DNA from: Octopus sinensis
Taxonomy: Eukaryota
Length of the DNA: 64,000 bases
Direction: 5' to 3'
Assembly: GCF_006345805.1 (NCBI RefSeq)
Contig: NC_042997.1
Coordinates: 81,344,001 to 81,408,000 of the forward strand
A program made the position numbers and the translations under genes. The notes under the pieces were generated by a model. It was not told the DNA's origin and did no database searches. It saw nothing but the letters and a program-made list of their open reading frames with translations. Shown in pieces: positions 37,950 to 49,385 of this stretch; the stretch's first letter is position 1, and each line of letters begins with the position of its first letter.

Positions 37950-38597
37950 CCTGGCCAGCCCCAAAGGAAAATCTAAGCCAAGCGCATTAGATTCCTTGGT
38001 AGAAAGCCTCGAATGTATGCAAAACAAGGATGGGAACGAATAAGAATACAAAAATACGTAAAAATAATAATGATAACACGAATAAGAATACGAAAATACG
38101 TAAAAACAATAAAGATAATAATAATAATAACAAAAACAAGACGTTACAGACAGGTGTCTTTTCAACAGGATGGGTGAACTTGAGCTGGCGCATTGAAAAA
38201 TTGCCTAAAGGCGAAGAGAGAAATAAAATGTGTGTCTGGCCTATACGGCTGTTGATCACGAAAAGGCAGGACAGCAGTCCAAAGTTAGCGGGACAGAGGA
38301 AGAGAGAAAAAAGGGAACAAGGAACAAAGGAGGAGGAGGAGAAAGAGAGAGAGAGAGAAAGAGACGGGTCAAAGTGGGGTGCAAAGTGTGAAAGGCAGAG
38401 AAATGTAGGAGAGGGGGATAGAGAGAGACAGTGTTGTAGAGTCATACCATGTATTAGAGAAAAAATGTATTTCACACACAATATCAAAAAGGGGGTACGG
38501 GCGCCGCCATATAAAGGATAAATGTAAAAAAACACAAACTGGGACAAGAACGCAAAACATTTAGAAGACGATACAAAAAAACGGACGGGACATTCAA

Positions 38598-38668
38598 AGC
38601 CTTCGATCTTCAGTCAAAAACCGGATCATCTTCGCAATTTCGGCTGATTAATTTTGAGATTGCTCCGA
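38598..38668 (-). ncRNA. Putative permuted hammerhead (family 2, copy B')
   Basis: Duplicate of 36936-37006, without the adjacent 21-bp deletion. Confidence 0.6.
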
Positions 38669-39273
38669 CCTGGTCAGCCCCAAAGGAAAATCTAAGCCAA
38701 ACGCATTAGATTCCTTGGAAGAAAGCCTGGAGGCGCAATGGCCCAGTGGTTAGAGCAGCGAACTCGCAGTCGTAGGATCGCAGTTTCGATTCCCAGTCCA
38801 GGCATTGTGTGTGTTTATTGATCGGAAACACCTAAAGCTCCACGAGGCTCCGGCAGGGGATGATGGCGAACCCTGCTGTACTCTTTCACCACAACTTTCT
38901 CTCACTCTGTCTTCCTGTTTCTGTTGTACCTGTGTTTCAAAGGGCCAGCCTTGTCACAGTCTGTGTCACGCTGAATCTCCCCTGAGAACTACGTTAAAGG
39001 TACACATGTCTGTGGAGTACTCAGCTACTTGCACATTAATTTCACGAGCAGGCTGTTCTGTTCATCGGATCAACCAGATCCCTCGTCATCGTAACCAACG
39101 GAGTGCCAACCAACATATATATATATATATTATGTATATATATATATATTATGTGTATATATATTATGTGTATATATATATATATTATTTGAATATATAT
39201 ATATATATTATGCATATATCTTATGTATATGTATATATACATATATATTATGTATATGTGTTGTGTGTGTGTG

Positions 39274-39317
<44 letters not shown>

Positions 39318-39430
39318 ACAATGTATTCAGAGATCTAGATGGTTGTACAACCATCCAGATCTCTGAATACCTTATTTTTTTTTAATATATAATATCTGTA
39401 CATCATCTCCAAACCTTCTGATATATATAT

Positions 39431-39462
<32 letters not shown>

Positions 39463-39673
39463 ATGTAATAAATAACATATATGCATACATACATATATGT
39501 ACGTACCTACATCTACATGTATATATACATGCATATATAAATATATATATGTGAGTACAGGACACCACAAATAGACGTAGAACTCAACGAGAAATGAAAA
39601 CATAAAAACAAGGGAACGGACACTTTTTAACAACGAAAAAACAGAACACAGGACAAACAACACACGGAACATT

Positions 39674-39748
39674 CCCCTTCATCAGCTGTCCCCAGTTCGA
39701 CTCCATGTGTGTTTCGAAGGTAAGGACAGGACACGCTCGTCGGACCGG
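39674..39748 (-). ncRNA. Putative permuted hammerhead (family 1, left palindrome arm)
   Basis: Reverse complement of 40596-40670 with one change (gaactgg). Confidence 0.55.
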
Positions 39749-40595
39749 TCCTTCCCGTGAGGGAATTAAATAAAATTCCCTTGCAGAGGGGTAAAAACAA
39801 GGAAAGAAAAAATGTGACAAGAAGAGGACATAAAAGCAATACAAATAAAAATACGAATACAAGATAAAAATACAAATATAAAAAATACAGTACACATAAA
39901 GAATAAAAACAGGACAAAAAAACAAACATTGAGGGCCTTTTTTAGCCTAGACGAGGAAAAAAAATTCAGAGCGCAGGAATAAGTCATCTTGACTTGAAGC
40001 AGGCTGGAGTGAAAAGGAAGTAAAGTCGACTCAGCCATGAGGGAGATGAGGAGGAGTGAGAGAGAGAGAGATAGAGAGGAAAGGAAACCAGAAAGGGGGG
40101 AAAATAAAGAGAGAGACAGACAGGAAAGAAGGAAAGGTCAAGCAAAAGGTTAGGAAGGAAGGAAAGGTCAAGCAAAGGGTTACAAAGGGTAACCCTTTGC
40201 TTGACCTTTCCTTCCTTCCTGTCTGTCTCTCTCTTTATTTTTCCGCTTTTCTGGTTTCCTTTCCTCTCTATCTCTCTCTCTCTCACTCCTCCTCATCCCC
40301 CTCACGGCTGAGTCGACTTTACTTCCTTTTCACTCCAGCCTGCTTCAAGTCAAGATGACTTATTCCTGCGCTCTGAATTTTTTTTCCTCGTCTAGGCTAA
40401 AAAAGGCCCTCAATGTTTGTTTTTTTTTGTCCTGTTTTTATTCTTTATGTGTACTGTATTTTTTATATTTGTATTTTTATCTTGTATTCGTATTTTTATT
40501 TGTATTGCTTTTACGTCCTCTTCTTGTCACATTTTTTCTTTCCTTGTTTTTACCCCTCTGCAAGGGAATTTTATTTAATTCCCTCGCAGGAGGGA

Positions 40596-40670
40596 CCGGT
40601 CCGACGAGCGTGTCCTGTCCTTACCTTCGAAACACACATGGAGTCGAACCGGGGACAGCTGATGAAGGGG
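40596..40670 (+). ncRNA. Putative permuted hammerhead (family 1, right palindrome arm)
   Basis: ccggtcc-gacgagc-gtGTC^ctgtcc-tta-ccttc-GAAAC-ac..gaaccgg-ggacag-CTGATGA-agggg. Confidence 0.6.
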
Positions 40671-41254
40671 AATGTTCCGTGTGTTGTTTGTCGTGTGTTC
40701 TGTTTTTTCGTTGTTAAAAAAAGTCTGTTCCCTTGTTTTTATGTTTTCGTTTCTTGTTGAGTTCTACGTCTATTTGTGGTGTCCTGTACTCACATATATA
40801 TATTTATATATGCATGTATATATACATGTAGATGTAGGTACGTACATATATGTATATATTTTATTTATTACATTATTGTATGACTGAGCGACCTCGCGTC
40901 GTTTCGTTTCTTTCCTTTCTCCAAGTATGCTTTTATATATATATATATATGCATATATAAATATCATGTGTATGTATATATATGTATATTTATTTACATA
41001 TATATATAGATGTATATGTCTTTATATGTATGATTATATATGTAAATCTCTCTAAAAGAAAAGAAGCATTGCTGTTGAAGTCTAAATGCCTTTGACCAGA
41101 GACAAATTATAGTACCTGTAATAATATGAACTTCCAATTATTGGCTGGTCAATTGGTATGTTCCCCACTAAGGTCTCTATGCTGTCAATCCATAAATAAG
41201 TGCTAGAAATCAGAAAAGGAATACTCTTATCACTGTTTATATCAAATGGTAACA

Positions 41255-41294
41255 ATATGTACTTAGCCTTTCGACTAAGATCAAAGTGTAGTAT
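41255..41294 (+). pseudogene. 3'-truncated U2 snRNA fragment (5' ~40 nt)
   Basis: gcctttcgactaagatcaaagtgtagtat against invertebrate U2 ggccttttggctaagatcaaagtgtagtat as I recall it: the last 20 nt are identical and include the branch-point recognition sequence GTAGTA. Similarity stops afterwards. Confidence 0.65.
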
Positions 41295-42399
41295 ATCTAA
41301 TGGAGATAATTAAATTGCTACTTCCTGTTCTGTCAATGACAACACCATAATAAAAATATAGCCTACTTGACAAATACTATGGTAATAGCTTTCAAACCAA
41401 AATGAAATAAAACAAAAACATTAAAATTTGGAAAGCTACAGGTTTGGACATCTAATCTAAATGGTTTCCAAAGAAACTGTTTATTGACTGCTGGCAATTT
41501 GTTGTGGCTTGCCTAGATTTACATAAAAGAAGTTTTGTGAAGGTAACAGTGCATGACAAGAACTAGTTCATTTGTACTTTTTGAATATTTATTAGTTGTT
41601 ATAAGATGGACACCTCTCATGGCATTATGGGACTGGTCTAGCTTGGAGTAGAATGGTGTGCATGTAAAGATATCAAAGTAATTCATCCTTATTAAAAAAT
41701 TACTTTGAGTTGGTGTTTAGTATAATAATGGGGGAGTTTAGAATGAAATTCTTTATCGTCATTTGCAATATCATGATTATTATCACCCTTATTTAATGTC
41801 TGACTTCCATGCTGGCATGGTTTGGATAGTTTGTCAAGATTTGACAAGTTGGAGGCCTACATCATACACTGATTTTCTTTTGTTTACATAGTTTCTACAG
41901 CTGGGTGCCCTTCCTAATATCAGCCACCTTACACAATGTACTGGGTGCTTTATTGTAATACTGGTATTAATGATGATGACCACCTAGTAACTTGTAAGGC
42001 TAAGGCTCTAAATGGCCCTTATAACTGAAGGAACAGAAAAGAGAGTGGTTAATGATTCTAAACAGCCGACTGAGAGAATGGTAAATGGTAAGTAAGAGGG
42101 GAGTATGGTAGGGAACAGGGGAAGGGAAGTAATTAATGACAGGGCTGAGAACAAATGAGATAGAGTTAAAAAGGGGATAGGATGGGTTCTGTAAGATGAT
42201 GGAGCCAGAGGTATCCAACATTATAAACAGAGAGTATGGATAGAAGGTGTGAGGGAAAGAGGACAGAAAGGGAGCAGAGTGTGTGTGTCATGAAAGGACA
42301 GAGAAGTGGGAATTTGTTATTATTGAGCTTAAATACAGGAATAAATACTGCAGTACATGGATATTTTCAACAAAATTTTAGAAACATTAAAAATATACA

Positions 42400-43450
42400 C
42401 TTCTTAGAGGCAACAGTAACAAAAAAGTGCAGTATTAACTACTTCACAACTGACATCCAGTTTAATAAAAAAAAATTAGGAGCAATCTCAGACATCAATT
42501 ATGGCAAAAATATATTTCAACATCAGGAAATTGAGAAATAAAAGAAGCAAAACAGAAAAAAAAAACGTCAACTACCAAAAAGCACTTAAAGAAGGTAGAA
42601 ACATAATTCAAGGTATAAACATACCAACCTTCTTTACTTCAATGAAACACTAGGAATCTATAAACTCAAAAACCTCAACAAAGAAATGCCTATGGGCTGA
42701 ATAGATGTATTGCTCTCAGCAATATCTTAAACTGTTCATACCAACACTATTAAGTCCCCAGTACCTGGAAACTAAATAGACTAATAATTTTGAATCTTAC
42801 CTGAAGCAGTATTTTACAGATCACCCTTCTATTGGTACCCTCAAAAACTTTAACAAACTTAACCTTGATATTGCTAACCTGTGTGTGCACTTTTCCAGCC
42901 CACAATGTTGATTCAGACCACTACACTTAATATTCATGTTATTCTCAAATCTCACAGAAATAATATATGGTGGGTTCAACAATAAATAAAAACTTACATA
43001 CATCATTCCGACTATTATTGGTATTGGCTAAACTTTTGACTCCATCCTTGCTATACACACACACATAATACCATACATGTCCTTACAATAAACCACAATA
43101 CTCTCTGAAAAATTGTTGTTCACTTCACCAAATCGTTTGAAAGATCTGTAAGAATACATCAAGTATTGCAATTTTCCAAACAAAGTACTTCAAGGATCCA
43201 TCTTTGCATTCACATCTTTTAACTTCTCACACACCACAAAGCATACACACCATAGTTGTTTTCTCCTACCATATCCTAGATATAGCTGCAAAACAACTCC
43301 AACCCTATATCAAGCACTTAGAAAGCTAGCAAACTGACCAAAAAGTGGCAATTAGCAATCTTACTATTTTGCTTCTGACCAACAACACCAAAGAACATGA
43401 GATACAACTAACCACCACACAAACACTCAAAAATATACTCACACATATAC
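42400..43450 (+). mobile_element. Very degenerate LINE RT relic (Jockey/I-like)
   Basis: Remnants such as VLQGSIFAFTSFN and AAKQLQPYIKHLES resemble GVPQGS..SP.LFN and downstream RT motifs. Confidence 0.35.
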
Positions 43451-44526
43451 ATTCTAGGAATAATTTCTAAAACTGCTACATTCATAGATCACACTGAGGA
43501 CAACGAAAGGAAATCATGATTGTGTGTGCACGTGCATGCACACACACTCGTACGCACACACGCACACACATGCACACCCACACACACCCCCACAGTGTGT
43601 TCACAGGCTTATAAGATCCATCTAGTTTATGGCTGAGTATCAGAACTGGTGACCAGAAAAAAAGTAAAGAACTCACTGGAAAAAAGGCACATTTTATTTA
43701 AATACTATAAACAATTAAAGTAATGAAACAGAAAATATTTTAAATCTGTTTTTAACTGACAGTACATGACTTATACACAATTTATATATGATGGCATTAC
43801 ACGTATGTGAAACAAAAAGCTTTTTCTTAATTTCTTAAGCAAAGTAAAACAATGAAACAAACAATTTAAGTCATTTATTGACAATATATGACATGTACAG
43901 ATTGAAATTACCTTACATAGCACTGTGGCATTACATATATATGTTCAGACTTTTTTCTGTAATTTCTTGGATTCGCTGAACTCTATGCAATAAATCACAA
44001 CACAAAACATCATGTTTCATATTATCACAAGTTGCTTAAGACCATGCCTACTGACCACCAAGAACAAAAATATTCAAAATGGAAGACCACTTGACATGTG
44101 AGGAACAGAGCTTTTTACTACTGCACAATAGATTAATCTCAAACACCAAAAACACATGAAGAACATTGAAAAACTTTTTTACAACACCATTCTAGGAAAA
44201 CTATCCTTCCTGCTCAGTCCAGACACACAAAAAAGTAGCATTTATAACCTCATTAGTTTCAAATATTTTACTAGGATGTACATCACTAGAAATTAATGCA
44301 CAAGAACTTTCCTTCTTCTTCCTCACAGTGTCTGCCTCAAGATTTTACAAGCACACAGGAACAAATGAGACAGCTTAGAAAGTGTCACTGCACCCATTAT
44401 GATAAAACTACTGTATGCCACCATACAGTGTGGTCTTCAATCAGGTGGAGTTAATGTAAGAGTGCTAGATCTTGCACTAGTCATTTGACCAACTAACTAC
44501 ATTATGTTGTGGGTCTGTTTATTCTA

Positions 44527-45364
44527 CAGGGTGTTTAAGCTAAATTTGACAATTTTTATGTTTCTTTTTTTTCAGGAACAGCTTAATGTATTGGTGAACC
44601 TTTAATGGCAATGGAGAGCATAAAAATTAAAGTTGTATTTGAGAAAAAGTTGACTGACATCGAGGACTGGAGGCCATCTGAATATTGGAAAAGAGTTACC
44701 TGTATCATGATGATTTGCACTGGGTATCAAAATGCCTACATCATGACAACTGCTCAGTGCTATATGAACATTGTAAAGGCTGTAGGACAGTTGCCATGAA
44801 AACTATGAAGCTGTGGTCAGTAGACACTCTGACGGCATTTGCATGCTGGAATTCATCCTCACATCTTTGAACAGGGCCTTAAAATCAATTCAGACAGCTA
44901 TATGAAGCTGCTGGAGAGTGGGTCAATCCCTGGTTTGAGAGTCTTGCTGCTTGAAGGTCATATGTGTGGCAGTAAGACTCAGTGTTGTGCTATTACTCCA
45001 GAAAGAGTCAGACGTGGTTGTCAGAGAATTTCTACAACTTTGCCAGCCCCAATTTCTGGCCTCCTCATTCCCCCTGTTGTAATCCCATGGATTATTATAT
45101 GTGAGGCATGGTTGAGAAAGACACCAACTGCTCTACCTGCAACAATGAGGCTGAGCTGGTGGCCAAGATCAAGGCAGTGTTTGAAGATCTTCTCAGTGAG
45201 AATACATGCACCATCTTGAGGCCATGGTGGAGACTGAGGGTGATCACTTTGAATAAACTGTTATCTCCCAGCCATAATTAAGTTGAAATATTTTTGTTTT
45301 GGGGTGGGATATTGTGTTTTCTTTTCCTTTTATACTAACTGTGAAATTTAGCCTGAACACCCTG
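44527..45364 (+). mobile_element. Internally deleted Tc1/mariner-superfamily transposon with TIRs and TA target duplication
   Basis: TA-cagggtgtttaagctaaattt ... aaatttagcctgaacaccctg-TA. Internal transposase remnants (ctggcctcc..ccc..ttgtaatcccatggattattatatgtgagg, WPP.SP.CNP.DYY). Confidence 0.88.
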
Positions 45365-46959
45365 TAACATGAATGAAGATTTCCTTTAGATTCAAATAAA
45401 GTCATCTCATAACATGCTGGAACTAAGATGAACCTCTAAAACCTTCTGTAATTCAAATACATCTACTATGACTTGTTTTCTTTCAACTTTTTTAGTTATG
45501 TTGATTCTGATAATTGAATAGATTTTCTCCAAAAGCTTTTTGTTTTGTATTGTTTTCTGCCCCACCTAGAATAACATCAGTGGCCTTCTTCATTTTAGTT
45601 TGTAAGATTTTGTAATGATTTGATGGATAAATACAGCTAATAAATAAACTCATATTTCTCTTGAAGCAAACTGTTATTTTCTATGTTTACATTTATTGAG
45701 TACAATGGTATTGATTATTTTACCTTACTGGCCATTCTTTCATTGACTTTTAGGCAATCTGTACAAGCATACAATGTATATTGGGGAAAAGAAAGAGAAT
45801 GAGTAAAAAATGTCCCTGTGAGTGTATGTGTATGTATGTATATATGTATATATAAATGCATGTGAGTATATTTATGTATGTATACATGAGTATGTGTTTA
45901 TTTAGCAAATAACTAAAAGGAGAATCAATGATTGAGTTGTAAATGTATTGCACCAGTCTGTTAGATTAGAATTAAAATAAAAATCTGATTCTAGTGATGT
46001 GTTAAGCAAGACACACTGCATGTTGAAATTTTGATAGCAGTCTTTCATTAATCATATTCAACTTATATCGAGAAAAAGGGTTTGATGAGAAATTAGAATA
46101 GTTATAATTTTATCATTCTGTTTAACAAATAAAAAAAAAAATTCCTTGATATCAAGAAAGAGCATGTCATAATAAAATATACACTCAAGTGGTTCATGGA
46201 AATGCACAATTCATGCTGTTCAGAAAATTAATTCAAAATACTATTATTAATAAAATGTGGAAAAAAATCATACAAGTCTTTATTATTGGAAATAACATCA
46301 GTCATTGATCCTTTGTAGAATATGTAGGCTCAATAAAATATACCTAGTGCTTATGAAAATATGAAAAAGATTTAGGATTTTGTTTGATTAATCAAACCAT
46401 TCATTTAAAATTAATTATGAGAGGGCTGGATACCAAAAATCCATTCAGTGAATAAAAAAAAAACAGTGCAATATCTGGTTTAAGTAAAGAAGCAAACTGG
46501 ACCATCAAATATTACACTACTTAAGGAAAATAAAATAACAACATACAACTTCCTTTTAAAAAGAAACAAAAAAAAACTATGAGATTAGATTTTATATTTT
46601 TACAATTTACCATAATGATAAAATAACAAATTTAAGGTTTGTGAGTGCTTTGATAGTTCTCTGACACCAGCAATTGAGAACTGTCTCAGTTAGCAATTGT
46701 TAAATCTGATTCTCTAAACTTAACTATTTCACTTGGAGATGTCAAGTATAATGGTAGATCACACATTGAGTCAGTGTCTTCTCTTACATTACTTTTCCAA
46801 ATGTTGGCAAACTTGTTTTATTCCAGTAGTTAAGCTTCTCCTAAAGTATCACTTTCATGTGAATATATTTTTTTTCTTTTTACAAACAGAAGAGATCAAA
46901 GAAGGTAAACACCAACTGCTGACTGACATTGAAAAAGTTGGAAGTAGAGATCAAGTTGA

Positions 46960-47400
46960 ATGAAATTCTCCAAAAACAACATTTACCCAATGAGATTCAG
47001 GAAAATTCCTTCACTTTAAAGCTAACAATATTGACATTCCATATTGTATTTCATTGTTCATTAGCTCTGGTGTTGTAAGGGATGATTCTATTTCACTCAA
47101 TTCTTTAATTATAGAGATAATTTGAGCTCTTCTATCACAGTTAATAGCACTGGGAGTACCATCTAGAGAGAACTCTTTGAGATATTAATTGCTTATAAGG
47201 TGATATCGACACAAAGAAAATTTAAAAGGCAATATGAGTATTATCATTTGATATCTGTTTTGAGCTTTTTTTTTGGACCCACAGAATTTTATAAGATACA
47301 GTCCATAACCTGAATAGCTTTTAGATGATGTTGATCTATAGAATTGTGACCAAAACAACTCACGTCTAACCTTAACCATCTTGATACCAATTCATCTGTA
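46960..47400 (-). mobile_element. Possible gypsy integrase relic
   Basis: FSLDGTPSAINCDRRAQIIS weakly resembles FG.P..I..DRGAQF.S. Confidence 0.25.
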
Positions 47401-47639
47401 CTGCTTCTGATTCTATGGTAAAAACTTCCTTTTTAAAGTACTCTAAATTAAAGTCTTTCATCAAAATTTCCTAAGTTATGCTCCAAGCATCAGCTTAATA
47501 ATGACAATGTTATTTCACTAAATTCTTTATTGGTTTCAAAATTAATTGAAATAAAGGCAGTGTTTTTGAATAGAAATATGGTAACAAAGGTTAAAGAATG
47601 CAATCTCAGCATTGTAAAGTATCAAACTATTAGGTTGAT

Positions 47640-47900
47640 AGGAAAATAATGGCTGGTTTTAAAAAATAAGCCTATATTCTTGAAAACAGAACTTATACAA
47701 AGGTTTAATTATTCAAAATATGATCCCTGAACAGCTATGCATTTCTCCCATCGATTAACAAGGTCATTTATGCCTCTTCAATAAAAATCCAAAGGTTTTT
47801 ATGCTGAAAAATCCTTGAATTCAGTTTCGATCTCAGTTTTGGAATGGAAATTGTTTTGCCCTAATGTTTTGCTCTCAATTGACTAGTATTTTACTATGAC
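47640..47900 (-). mobile_element. mariner transposase C-terminal relic
   Basis: F.IKPLDFY.RGINDLVNRWEKCIAVQGSYFE* on the minus strand. Confidence 0.7.
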
Positions 47901-48469
47901 ATGCCCTTTCTGCTCTCAATTGACAAGAGCTAGGGAGTGGTTATAGTCATTCTGATGCTCCAGTAAAACAGTGAGTGCTAGAAACGCAACTCTTCAGTAG
48001 AGGCAGTTTTAATTATTAACTTCAGCCATTGCTCTGTAATACTTCCACCATTATGACACTAATAACGTGACATCATCTTTGTAATATCCATGAATCTGGT
48101 GAACTTATCTTCTGTTCATATCAGGTAAAATATTAAATATTCTTGACAGATTTCATAATCTAATTTGTAATTTTCAATCGACTTTGTATCTTTAGGTTTT
48201 TAATGACATTTTTCACTGGGTAAATTTAAGAAGTTAACTCTTTAACAGCAAAAGTTAACTCTTTAACTGCAAAATTACACTTTATTGTTATTCCAGTAAT
48301 GATGTTAGATGTCTGCCACAAAATAGAATTGGTATTTTCTGAAAATCAAGCTATTTCAACAAACTTAACATATTTCAATAGAATAAACTGGTGTAGATAG
48401 ACTAGTGTATAAAACTGGTTTCTGCAGTTAAGAGTAATGTAATTTTGAGTAGATATATAGTGTGAAGCT

Positions 48470-49385
48470 ATATCCCCTTCCATTTCATCAAAAGCTTCGA
48501 GCATTATGTCTCTAAATCTCTGTCCATTCGCAGGATCATTAAGCTTCCAGACCTTTCTCCTCCATGCTGGTCGTCTTCTGGGCATCCATTTAGCCCTGAT
48601 CCTGAGGTTGCTAACTACCAGTCTATGATGTGGGGTACATTCTTCAACTGGGAAGGTTTTGGCATTTATAAGCAGCCATCTTTCCCTTTTTCTGGTGAGG
48701 ATGTAGTCAATTTGGCTAGTGTGTCTGCCAGATCGGTAGGTGACTGGCTGGTTTCCTGAAGTTAGTATTGCAAACCATAAGATCATTTGCATTGCAGAAT
48801 TCCAGCAGCCTGGTTTCCTCCTCATTGTGAGAACCAAAACCATAGCCTCCTTGTACGCCATGGAAGCCCCCTGTATGTTGTCCAACATGTCCATTGAAGT
48901 CACCAGCCACAAAGAGAAGGTCACTGTCATTTGTCAACGAAGTAGTCTACAAGAGGGTGTCATAAAATTGGTCTTTCTGTCCATCAGGTAGCCCCAGCTG
49001 AGGGGCATAGGCCAAGATAATGGTTGCTAACCCATGATGAAGCACTAATCTAATCTTAAGTATTCTGTTGCATACTCTGACTACCTTGATTACCTTATCA
49101 AGCCATTTCTTCACAAGAAGTATACCCACGTCCCTAATCCTGTCAGTGTTCCCTGCTCAGAAAATCTTGTACCTGTGTTCTTTGCCTGTGAGGAACCTAG
49201 TGGAACCTCCTCTCCACCTTACTTCTTGAAGGCAGCACAAATCGACACATCTCCATTCAAGCATCTCAACAATCTCACCAGACCTACCTTTCAGTGTGCT
49301 GATGTTCAGAGTGCCAACTCTGAAGGTGTGGGAGGTGTGGGCCCGTGAGACCCTGGGACGGGGGACACCAGCGTCATGTACCTGA
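48470..49385 (-). mobile_element. RTE LINE 5' part (APE endonuclease) relic
   Basis: GILLVKKWLDKVIKVVRV, AYAPQLGLPDGQKDQFYD, VAGDFNGHVG..GYGFGSHNEE.TRLLEFC and QIDYILTRK. Confidence 0.88.

Larger units (their letters stand above)
35880..39130. repeat. Tandem duplication of a ~1.64-kb unit (microsatellite, family 2 element, SINE)
   Basis: Duplicate ORFs offset by 1641 bp (36346/37987) and 1662 bp (37143/38805). The copies differ by a 21-bp indel near 36935 and at least one SNP. Confidence 0.92.
39461..40875. repeat. ~1.4-kb palindrome made of two family 1 elements in inverted orientation
   Basis: Arms pair from taatgtaataaataa (39461) / ttatttattacatta (40875) inward to gggttac-aaagg-gtaaccc (loop 40184-40188), with scattered substitutions. 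Confidence 0.92.

Noticed and set aside
36346-38547. Duplicated 163-aa and 186-aa ORFs
   Set aside because: Low-complexity translations of a non-coding repeat, with no recognisable domain.
40640-40650. tRNA B-box-like GGTTCGACTCC on the minus strand (also 39694-39704)
   Set aside because: No A box at suitable spacing and no cloverleaf; the bases are explained by the covarying helix of the family 1 motif and are not kept in the 35.1-kb copy.
43670-43900. Minus-strand poly(A) signals suggesting a host gene 3' end
   Set aside because: AATAAA is frequent in this AT-rich DNA, and I found no upstream coding exon.
44305-44455. Strong-looking splice acceptor ttccttcttcttcctcacag at 44328
   Set aside because: The downstream frames give no recognisable protein, and there are no partner exons.
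46870-46910. Possible 15-nt microexon (acag|aagagatcaaagaag|gtaaac)
   Set aside because: Weak donor and no host gene context; cannot be supported without RNA data.
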